From the IMG/VR virus record IMGVR_UViG_3300045988_163835: a stretch of 36,596 nucleotides of DNA; one strand, written 5' to 3'. The notes below the pieces were generated by a model. The model saw nothing but the letters and a program-made list of their open reading frames with translations, was not told the DNA's origin and ran no database searches. The stretch comes from a virus. The first letter of the stretch is position 1. Every line of letters starts with the position of its first letter. The position numbers and the translations under genes were made by a program. This document shows positions 23,282-30,241 of the stretch, in pieces.

Positions 23282-24385
23282 ATGCCAGTATATAAAACAA
23301 AAACAGAAAAAACGAAAGATAATAGGATATGGTACTTTAAATGCAATTATAAAGATATCTATGGAAATATAAAGTCAAAGAAAAGCAAGAAGTTTTCTAC
23401 TAAAGAAGAGGCAATTAAAGAAGAGGCAAAATTTTTAATTTTAACAGGTAACACAACTACTATGTCTCCTACCTTCGATGACATATATAATGAGTATCTT
23501 ATATATAAAAAAAAGAGTTGCAGAGAAACTACCATAATCAGAATTAAAGGATATTATAAACACATTGGAAAAATATTAGGAAATATAAAAATCGAAAAGC
23601 TTACTGCCAAACAATATTTATTATTTCAAGATGAAATGAATGAATTAGGATTATCTACAGTATATAAAAATCAATTGCATTCATTAGTATTATCTTTAAT
23701 TGATTATGCCAATTTACTATATAATATTGATTCAAAAGTTCCTAAAAGTATTGGTAAATTTAAAAATCCTACCGAAATGAAAAAAGAAATGCTTTTTTGG
23801 ACTTATGATGAGTTCAGTAAGTTCATTAGTATTGTAGATGATAATATGTACAAAGTCTTTTTTGAAATATTGTACTTTTGTGGACTAAGAAGAGGTGAAA
23901 TACAGGCTCTAACGTGGAACGATATAAATTTTATAAAAGGGACAATCTCAATAAATAAAACTTTAACATCAAAAATAAAGGGGCAAAAATATGTCATATT
24001 TCCTCCAAAAACACAATCTAGTAATAGAACTATTCCAATCCCTAAAAATGCATTAGCAGGTTTAAAAACACTTTATAAGGAATATTCTGTATTGGATGGA
24101 TTTGAAAATGAATGCTTTGTATTTGGAACTTTCAAGCCACTAGCAGATACTTCAATAGAGAGAAAGAAAAATAAATGGTGTGATATAGCTGAAGTCAAAA
24201 GAATTAGAATTCATGACTTTAGACATTCTTGTGCTTCTCTATTAATCAATAATGGTGCAAACATAACTATTGTATCAAAATATTTAGGTCATAGTGATAT
24301 ATCAATGACACTAAATAGATACTCTCATATGTATGATTCTAAATTGGAAGAAGTAATTAATTTAATTGAAAATATAAATAAATAA
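23282..24385 (+). CDS. int: Tyrosine recombinase (phage integrase)
   Basis: Catalytic motifs GLRRGE, HDFRHSCASLL and LGHSDISMTLNRYSH. Start moved to ATG 23282 (AAAGGAAAG RBS). Confidence 0.9.
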   Translation: MPVYKTKTEKTKDNRIWYFKCNYKDIYGNIKSKKSKKFSTKEEAIKEEAKFLILTGNTTTMSPTFDDIYNEYLIYKKKSCRETTIIRIKGYYKHIGKILGNIKIEKLTAKQYLLFQDEMNELGLSTVYKNQLHSLVLSLIDYANLLYNIDSKVPKSIGKFKNPTEMKKEMLFWTYDEFSKFISIVDDNMYKVFFEILYFCGLRRGEIQALTWNDINFIKGTISINKTLTSKIKGQKYVIFPPKTQSSNRTIPIPKNALAGLKTLYKEYSVLDGFENECFVFGTFKPLADTSIERKKNKWCDIAEVKRIRIHDFRHSCASLLINNGANITIVSKYLGHSDISMTLNRYSHMYDSKLEEVINLIENINK

Positions 24386-24394
24386 CTAAAAAAA

Positions 24395-24414
24395 TGTACC
24401 TAAAATGTACCTAA
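24395..24414 (+). repeat. Arm-type integrase-binding site candidates, pair 1 (TGTACCTAA x2, 11-bp phasing)
   Basis: tgtacctaa at 24395-24403 and 24406-24414. The same 9-mer pair recurs at 24589-24608. Confidence 0.55.
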
Positions 24415-24433
24415 TAACATTTAAAAATATAAA

Positions 24434-24454
24434 AACCCTTATTAAATAAGGGTT
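24434..24454 (-). terminator. Intrinsic terminator reading on the minus strand, just downstream of the tRNA-like attP core
   Basis: 9-bp stem aacccttat/ataagggtt with a 3-nt loop. On the minus strand it is followed by TTTTTATATTTTT. Confidence 0.55.
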
Positions 24455-24464
24455 AATAATCACT

Positions 24465-24480
24465 TGGTGCGGGTGAAGGG
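24465..24480 (-). other. attP core candidate: 3' end of a tRNA gene (CCCTTCACCCGCACCA on the minus strand)
   Basis: The minus-strand sequence reads as T-stem 3' half, 7-nt acceptor strand CACCCGC, discriminator A, then CCA. It is flanked by arm-type repeats and is adjacent to int. Confidence 0.55.
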
Positions 24481-24588
24481 AAAGAATTTATTAATATATA
24501 CTATATATATAAATGCTCATAAATCATTGAATTATATGACATTAACACTATTATAATTCTACCTATTTCTTTGACCTTTTAAAAATAA

Positions 24589-24608
24589 TGTACCTAAAGT
24601 GTACCTAA
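24589..24608 (+). repeat. Arm-type integrase-binding site candidates, pair 2 (TGTACCTAA x2, 11-bp phasing)
   Basis: tgtacctaa at 24589-24597 and 24600-24608. Confidence 0.55.
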
Positions 24609-24648
24609 AATGTTATTCGGTATTATCTAGAAAGGAAGATAATAAACA

Positions 24649-25191
24649 ATGAATAACTATTGTATAAACTTAAAGAAAAGAAAGAATAAACCATATTGTA
24701 AATTACTAAATAAAGAAATAAAACTTTCCACTTGTAGGGAATGTGATAATAGAGAGTATAAGAAGGTCTCTACAGACTTCTGCAGAAAAATGCAGTGTTC
24801 TGCAGATATAAAACGAAAAAAGTCCACTTCCGACAAAAAAAGTCCGGCTACAAGTGGACTACAAAGTGGACTACAAAGTAGACAACAAAAATCAAATAAA
24901 CTAGCTAGTCTAGAAAGAAATAGATATAGTGTATTTAGTAATGATACTGAAAGATGTTACTTATGTGGTAGTACCTATAAACTAACTTGGCACGAAATAT
25001 ATTCGGGAAAGAATAGACAGAACTCTATGAGATATGGTCTATGCTTAAGGCTATGCTTAAATTGCCACTCTAAAGAGCAAGAAGATAGCCAATTTAACGA
25101 TTATTGGCACAAGCAAGGTCAATTATACTGGGAAGAAAATATTGGCTCTAAAGAAGAGTTTATCAAGGCATTTAGAAGAAACTATTTATAG
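24649..25191 (+). CDS. Zn-finger / HNH-like (beta-beta-alpha-Me) nuclease-domain protein
   Basis: 180 aa. N-terminal Cys pairs (C5, C17, CRECD). C-terminal CYLCGS...WHEIYSGKNRQNS...LCLNCH. GGAAG RBS. Confidence 0.6.
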   Translation: MNNYCINLKKRKNKPYCKLLNKEIKLSTCRECDNREYKKVSTDFCRKMQCSADIKRKKSTSDKKSPATSGLQSGLQSRQQKSNKLASLERNRYSVFSNDTERCYLCGSTYKLTWHEIYSGKNRQNSMRYGLCLRLCLNCHSKEQEDSQFNDYWHKQGQLYWEENIGSKEEFIKAFRRNYL

Positions 25192-25442
25192 TTATCTTCA
25201 TAATCCGAAAGTTTTAAAATTGATATTTTCTTTTGCTCCTTTTGCTTTGCAAAATATTTATTAATTTTTTCAAAGTTAGTCTCTATTCCTTCCGTTTGAA
25301 ATGCTTCTACTGTTTCTTTTAAGTGCTCTTCACATAAATGAATTTCTTTACCATCAGAGATATAATTTACAATTGATTTTTTTTTACATTTTTCAAAAGA
25401 ACAAGGTAATATATAATCTTCAAGTTTAAATGTTACCTTCAT
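25182..25442 (-). CDS. Hypothetical protein (86 aa; CX4C...CX2H motif)
   Basis: GAAGGTGA RBS. Convergent with the HNH-like gene and overlaps its end by 10 nt. Confidence 0.55.
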   Translation of the reverse strand: MKVTFKLEDYILPCSFEKCKKKSIVNYISDGKEIHLCEEHLKETVEAFQTEGIETNFEKINKYFAKQKEQKKISILKLSDYEDNYK

Positions 25443-25508
25443 TTTTTCACCTTCTTTCTTTTAATTGTTTATCCTAACATAAATTAATTATAAAGTAAAT
25501 AAAAAAAA

Positions 25509-25676
25509 CTATAGGTTAACTACTCTGTTAATGTCTATAGCTTTTCTTTTTGGCATACTATTAGTCTGAAACCATGCTCTTTTATTTTTAATATTATATT
25601 TAATAATTAAAATAGTATCTTTTCTTCTTGTTAATCTATAAATAATATCTTTATCATTTATTCTTTTTTCAACCAT
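25509..25676 (-). CDS. Hypothetical basic protein (55 aa)
   Basis: Hand-translated MVEKRINDKDIIYRLTRRKDTILIIKYNIKNKRAWFQTNSMPKRKAIDINRVVNL. GAGGGGA RBS. Confidence 0.45.
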   Translation of the reverse strand: MVEKRINDKDIIYRLTRRKDTILIIKYNIKNKRAWFQTNSMPKRKAIDINRVVNL

Positions 25677-25699
25677 ATTATCCCCTCATTTGGCTAGAT

Positions 25700-25728
25700 A
25701 TTATAGCATAAATTGATAGAAAATGCAA
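25700..25728 (-). promoter_or_regulatory. Sigma-A-type promoter: TTGCAT, 17 bp, TGcTATAAT (moron promoter)
   Basis: On the minus strand, -35 at 25728-25723, 17-nt spacer, and extended -10 TGCTATAAT ending at 25700. Confidence 0.6.
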
Positions 25729-25738
25729 ATCAGGGCAT

Positions 25739-25769
25739 AAAAAAAGAAGTAGACAATTAAGCCTACTTC
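25739..25769 (-). terminator. Intrinsic terminator after the endolysin (end of the late operon)
   Basis: 7-bp stem gaagtag/ctacttc with a 10-nt loop, followed by T7 on the minus strand. It begins 4 nt after the endolysin stop. Confidence 0.7.
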
Positions 25770-25772
25770 AAT

Positions 25773-26594
25773 TTAATATAATCTTACATTATCCCAATTT
25801 GTAGTTCCATTTTGTATATTTAAATTAACTTGTCTTTGAACTTCATCATAGTTAGATCCTAGTGCATTTCTTCTATCTTCTCCATTGCCAAAGTCTCCAC
25901 GAATTGTTTTTCTAACTAAATCTAGAATATCGACACTTGGCTCTGGTGCAGGTGCTAGAATTTCATTAACTCTTGCTTGCACTTCTGCATATCTATCGCC
26001 TAATGCATTCTTTCTATCCTCACCATTGCCATATTTGCCTTCTATTACTTCTCTAGCAAGTTCTTCGGTAGTCTTTTCTTTAATAGGCTCTGAATTATTA
26101 ATCTTGTTTGCTTCATCAGCAATATATTGCATCTTACTTCTTAGATAATCTCCAGGACAAGTGGTATTAGTAAACATACTATGCCAAGTTAAGTTCTTTC
26201 CTGGCGCCAATGTTCCTAATCCTCTTCTGTTAGCAATATCTGCTACTAATTTAATAAGACTGTTTAAAGCACTATCAGACACAGGCCAATTTCCTCCTGC
26301 TTGTGAGTTAGAAGTTTCAATTGTCACTGATTTACAGTTTGAATCCCAGTCTGAATTAGTCCATGCAGTATCTTCTTCATCTACATAACTTGCAATTCTT
26401 CCGTCGTTACCGATACCGTAATGTGAGCTACCATATCTTCCAACGGTTTGGAATATTCTTCCGCATTGTTCTGCTGAAAGAACTCCTGCCATATGATGAA
26501 TAGTAATTGCTTCAATACTTCTACCACTTCTACCTTTAGTATAGTTGCCTTCATCAGCAGGCACTACTACTTGTACTAAACTTGATTTACTCAT
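25773..26594 (-). CDS. Endolysin: N-acetylmuramoyl-L-alanine amidase (Amidase_2/PGRP-like) plus two CW_7-like repeats
   Basis: IEAITIHHMAG amidase motif. C-terminal repeats GKYGNGEDRKNALGDRYAEVQARVN and GDFGNGEDRRNALGSNYDEVQRQVN. Start moved to MSKSS (AAGGGGA RBS). Confidence 0.85.
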   Translation of the reverse strand: MSKSSLVQVVVPADEGNYTKGRSGRSIEAITIHHMAGVLSAEQCGRIFQTVGRYGSSHYGIGNDGRIASYVDEEDTAWTNSDWDSNCKSVTIETSNSQAGGNWPVSDSALNSLIKLVADIANRRGLGTLAPGKNLTWHSMFTNTTCPGDYLRSKMQYIADEANKINNSEPIKEKTTEELAREVIEGKYGNGEDRKNALGDRYAEVQARVNEILAPAPEPSVDILDLVRKTIRGDFGNGEDRRNALGSNYDEVQRQVNLNIQNGTTNWDNVRLY

Positions 26595-26659
26595 ATACTT
26601 CATCCCCTTTACCATTACTTAGTTCTAATTCCATTTCTTCTGTTAATACTAATTCTTCG

Positions 26660-26857
26660 CTATTCATTACTATCACTACCTTTCTTATCATTCTTAGCAA
26701 AGTAAAAAGTCATAATCATCATTACCATTGGTATGAATTGTTCTGATGTTACCTTGTCAGCAAACCAACCCACTACCAATGCTATAACCATTATAATTGT
26801 CATTATACTTTTTAAATCAATTAATTTTGCAACTTTTTTTAATACTTCATTTTTCAT
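26660..26857 (-). CDS. Holin (65 aa, 2 TM segments, charged C-terminus)
   Basis: TM segments IMTIIMVIALVVGWF and FIPMVMMIMTFYF, tail KNDKKGSDSNE. Lies immediately upstream of the endolysin. Confidence 0.65.
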   Translation of the reverse strand: MKNEVLKKVAKLIDLKSIMTIIMVIALVVGWFADKVTSEQFIPMVMMIMTFYFAKNDKKGSDSNE

Positions 26858-27180
26858 TATATTTTACCTTCTTTCTTTAATTTTTCCCAATGATCATGAA
26901 CATAGCTATTACCACCATGTTGACAATAATCGTCATATAGTTCATAACAGATTAATTTTTGTTCTAATGAAAGTGCTCTTTTATCTGCTAATTCCATAAA
27001 ATTTATCAAATTCGTTTTTATGTTTGATAAATTGTTTTCTTTTATTTCTTTTCTTATTGGCTCCAACAGCTTGTTCAATGCGTTTACTATTGTCTTTTTT
27101 AAATATACAATAGAGCCAATTAAGGCTACTATAAATGCCAAAGTTTTCGCTATTTGGCCTAAAGTTATACTCTCCATCAC
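26857..27180 (-). CDS. Holin-like / lysis-associated membrane protein (107 aa, one N-terminal TM)
   Basis: TM segment TLAFIVALIGSIVYL. ATGA-type overlap with the holin gene. Confidence 0.45.
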   Translation of the reverse strand: MMESITLGQIAKTLAFIVALIGSIVYLKKTIVNALNKLLEPIRKEIKENNLSNIKTNLINFMELADKRALSLEQKLICYELYDDYCQHGGNSYVHDHWEKLKKEGKI

Positions 27181-27223
27181 TCAACCTCTTTCGTTTCCTT
27201 TTAGTTTCATATTATCGCCACCT

Positions 27224-27787
27224 TTATTTTAATTTTTTTGCTTGTATGCTTGTTGCATATTTACCAAAGCCATTATTCATTTCAAAAGGTTGTCCATTAT
27301 AACCTTTTGCTGCCAACTGCAGATAATATGTTTTGGTAGGTTCTAATTCTACTGTAAAAACTTTTAACGGTAAAGCCCAATAGTTATTGCTAACACCGCT
27401 TCCTTGAAATAAAGTCCCTGCACCGCTTAGTAAATCGTTGTCAGTACCCTTTTCCTTTAATTTATAAAAAAGCCAAGCATTTAAACAACCTGATGTATAA
27501 CCACTTATTTCTAATAACTTAGTGTTTTTTATAACAATTCTATTATTACTTGTATCTGCTACAATGTCTCCATAACTAATTGGTTCTTCCCAACCTGTAA
27601 CTATAGTTTCACTATCAAATGTATTATATGCAAAATTAGTATGCATACTAGCAAAGCCAAAATTTAAATAATTACTCAATGTTTCTGCTTTACCATTATT
27701 ATCTTTTATTGCTACATCACTAGCATTTATCTTTTTATTTAATCCAAATAAATTACTTAATACTTGCATAATTTTATTTACTAACAT
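27224..27787 (-). CDS. Tail-fibre-associated protein B (187 aa); N-terminus paralogous to 27803..28255
   Basis: About 21/37 identity over MQVLSNLFGLNKKINASDVAIKDNNGKAETLSNYL versus MKVLKNLFGNNTKISASDIAIKNSNNKGMSLDNYL. The C-termini are unrelated. Confidence 0.55.
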   Translation of the reverse strand: MLVNKIMQVLSNLFGLNKKINASDVAIKDNNGKAETLSNYLNFGFASMHTNFAYNTFDSETIVTGWEEPISYGDIVADTSNNRIVIKNTKLLEISGYTSGCLNAWLFYKLKEKGTDNDLLSGAGTLFQGSGVSNNYWALPLKVFTVELEPTKTYYLQLAAKGYNGQPFEMNNGFGKYATSIQAKKLK

Positions 27788-27802
27788 ATTTAATCTCTCT
27801 AT

Positions 27803-28255
27803 TTATTTATAGCCAACAACCTTGTATATTTTTATATAACTTATTGTATATTTATCATGTGTAGTCAAGTCTACCAAACCGCATTTTCTAATTGATACAT
27901 TTCTATTATCTACATCAACAGTGGTCATCATTTGTTGTGCACTAGTGCCATCATAGATTCCTAATATCAGGTTTGCACTTTGTTGATACTCATAAAAAAG
28001 TTTTACACTACTGTTTCCAAAATTACCATTTTTACCATAACCAAAATATATTTCTAAATATTCATAGTTAGAAGCGCTATCGGTTAATGTAAAATTGGCA
28101 TTTGTTCCATCTGGATTATCATACAAGGTAGTTTTTTTTAGATAATTGTCAAGACTCATACCTTTATTATTTGAATTTTTAATTGCTATGTCACTTGCAG
28201 ATATCTTTGTATTATTTCCAAACAAATTTTTCAATACTTTCATTAAAGTTCGCAT
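27803..28255 (-). CDS. Tail-fibre-associated protein A (150 aa)
   Basis: TAATG overlap with the upstream fibre gene. N-terminal module shared with 27224..27787. Confidence 0.55.
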   Translation of the reverse strand: MRTLMKVLKNLFGNNTKISASDIAIKNSNNKGMSLDNYLKKTTLYDNPDGTNANFTLTDSASNYEYLEIYFGYGKNGNFGNSSVKLFYEYQQSANLILGIYDGTSAQQMMTTVDVDNRNVSIRKCGLVDLTTHDKYTISYIKIYKVVGYK

Positions 28256-28680
28256 TATTTAATCCTAATCCATATGTAACAAGTTATGTAAGGTTGTAAG
28301 TTGTTATGTGATTTATCTCCTCCAGTATTACCAGTTTCACGATATGGTTCTAATGCAGAGGAAACATTCCAATCACCACTTGTACCGTGTTGGAACCAAT
28401 CAACTCCAACATATTTCTCTGTATGAGTATGATTCGGCATTTCTTCAATTGTTAACTTATGTTTCTTTTCTCCGCCTGTTTGCTTAACAATTTTGAAGTC
28501 ATTATCATTTTCATCTACACACACTAAAGTTTTACCTTTTCCAAACAACTCCCAAGTACCGCCAAATCTTAAAGATGGATTTTCATTTCTTGTAGTTAGA
28601 AACAAGTCTCCAACTTTATAATAAGCATTTGGATAGTAGTTATCAGTACCACTTTTTAGCGTTCCACCTTTACAAGCCAT
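28255..28680 (-). CDS. Tail fibre/baseplate protein with tail-collar-like motifs
   Basis: 141 aa. Contains VGDLFLT...NPSLRFGGTWEL, GGEKKHKLTIEEMPNHTH and GGDKSHNNLQPYITCYIWIR. Confidence 0.6.
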   Translation of the reverse strand: MACKGGTLKSGTDNYYPNAYYKVGDLFLTTRNENPSLRFGGTWELFGKGKTLVCVDENDNDFKIVKQTGGEKKHKLTIEEMPNHTHTEKYVGVDWFQHGTSGDWNVSSALEPYRETGNTGGDKSHNNLQPYITCYIWIRIK

Positions 28681-28748
28681 AACTTGCTCCTATTGGAGTA
28701 GGTACTAAATAATACTCCCTCCAATCGTTAGAGAGATTATCGTTTCTG

Positions 28749-28796
28749 TTAGTAAACGACCCCCCCCCTCATTAACTTATAGTTTACTTTTTTCAT
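28749..28796 (-). other. 15-codon leader ORF containing the G9 tract
   Basis: ATG at 28796 with a GGAG 8 nt upstream. Sequence MKKVNYKLMRGGVVY, then TAA. Its length changes to 41 or 31 codons with G8 or G10. Confidence 0.25.
28760..28768. repeat. Homopolymeric C9 (G9 on the coding strand)
   Basis: Nine consecutive C at 28760-28768. This was the only long G/C homopolymer noticed in this AT-rich genome. Confidence 0.95.
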
Positions 28797-28807
28797 TTTC
28801 ACATCTC

Positions 28808-30238
28808 CTATTCTTCCCATTCCTCTTCTACTGTGAAGTAAAGAACTGGGTAATCATTCAGATTAAGTTTTCCATACACATCAACACCATCTTCACCAAT
28901 TGCCATTGCTTCTTGACCTTTTGGTAAGGTAATTGTTTCTGTAGCAATTACAAACACATCTTCAAAAGATATTTGAAACTGATATTCTTCATCATAGGCA
29001 AATGAACTACCTAATAGTAAATTACTTACCCTAAATGTATTGTCAGTAATAGTAGCAGTTATACTACCACCGTCAGTCCAATCAGTAGTTCCCGATTTTC
29101 TATATTTAAAACTACCGCTTAATGAATTAGCCTTAGTATCTGTAAATGAACCATTAAAGTATGCTCCATTACAATCTAAGTAAGCCTCATTAGATGTTCC
29201 CTCTGGTCTAGTAATTGAAATAGTATTTATGTGTAACTTGATGTAATCAATCATATCTAAAGTTACATCTGCTGAATTAGGATAATTTCTACTATCTGTT
29301 GCAGATACACTTACTTTATTTGAACCTATAGTATCAAAAGTGTTTTCTTGCAAATTAGAAGCTTGTCCATCATTCAAATTAATTGAATAATTTTTGATAG
29401 TAGCACTCTTTTTAGCAGTAGCACTGATTGTTACTTTTGGCTTAGATATATATTTAACAAATTTAGTGTTATTACCAGTTATAGTAGTTACATTTGTATT
29501 TGTATCAATAACTGTAGCAGTTACATCGGGCTTACATACACTTTCTTTAGCATATAAATTGAATTCTGTAGCTTGTGTATCACCTATTTGTGTATCACCA
29601 TTGTAGGTTGTACACAAAATATTACCTTTTATTTCTTTAGCAGTAGGAATTAATGCATATATTTTATCTTCTATTTCACTGGTTTTAAATTGTATCGTAG
29701 TTTCACTAGTTTTATCTTCAATATTTCCCACCAAATTTTTAATCTTGTAAGTAACTCTGCTTGTAAATGATGATGCTTTTTTGTCAATACTAATTACTGC
29801 ATTATCACCTATATAAGGACTACTACAAGCGACTCCGCTTGCTCTTGGTATTTGTGGTAAATTAGCACTAGCAGTAATAGTACCACTCCAACCCCAGTTA
29901 GGGAAACTAATTGAAGCATTACCAGTTACACTACAAGTTCCATCGTTATTGTGATATACCCAACCGCTAGTAGTTACACTTACTGATTCTCCAGTAGTGG
30001 GCCTTGTACAACCTGCACTTTGATAACTTGCTCCTGTACCACTTACACCAATTGTACCTTGATCATCTTGAATATAAGTTCTATCGTAGTAACTTCTTGC
30101 TTGATAATAAACATAAGTTCTATTATTTGCTATATCTTGTTCTGAATACCTAGCATATAATCTTACATATAGATTACCACCACTATTACCAATATACTTT
30201 TGGCCTAGATATTGCCAACTTGTTGTTAATGTTGCCAT
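28808..30238 (-). CDS. Tail fibre / receptor-binding candidate (476 aa, DUF859-like N-terminus)
   Basis: Large Ser/Thr/Asn-rich ORF downstream of the Tal-like gene. The N-terminus (MATLTTSWQYLG...YSEQDIANNRTYV) resembles siphovirus DUF859 proteins from memory only. Confidence 0.5.
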   Translation of the reverse strand: MATLTTSWQYLGQKYIGNSGGNLYVRLYARYSEQDIANNRTYVYYQARSYYDRTYIQDDQGTIGVSGTGASYQSAGCTRPTTGESVSVTTSGWVYHNNDGTCSVTGNASISFPNWGWSGTITASANLPQIPRASGVACSSPYIGDNAVISIDKKASSFTSRVTYKIKNLVGNIEDKTSETTIQFKTSEIEDKIYALIPTAKEIKGNILCTTYNGDTQIGDTQATEFNLYAKESVCKPDVTATVIDTNTNVTTITGNNTKFVKYISKPKVTISATAKKSATIKNYSINLNDGQASNLQENTFDTIGSNKVSVSATDSRNYPNSADVTLDMIDYIKLHINTISITRPEGTSNEAYLDCNGAYFNGSFTDTKANSLSGSFKYRKSGTTDWTDGGSITATITDNTFRVSNLLLGSSFAYDEEYQFQISFEDVFVIATETITLPKGQEAMAIGEDGVDVYGKLNLNDYPVLYFTVEEEWEE

Positions 30239-30241
30239 TCA

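Noticed and set aside
22274-23997. Minus-strand track ORFs inside the repressor and integrase genes (22274..22459, 22815..22997, 23803..23997)
   Set aside because: They are antisense to well-supported plus-strand genes that carry clear family motifs.
24395-24608. Repeated TGTACCTAA units as a CRISPR or tandem-repeat array
   Set aside because: There are only four 9-mers in two pairs, next to an integrase and flanking a tRNA-like core. This is the arm-type site pattern of attP.
25885-27232. Track ORFs 25885..26148(+), 26161..26388(+), 26733..26999(+), 27020..27232(+) and 26981..27184(-)
   Set aside because: They are antisense or alternative-frame overlaps of the endolysin and holin-like genes and have no independent signals.
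27224-30238. Diversity-generating retroelement or invertible fibre segment
   Set aside because: No reverse transcriptase or invertase gene exists in the genome, and no template/variable repeat pair or long inverted repeats were seen around the fibre genes.
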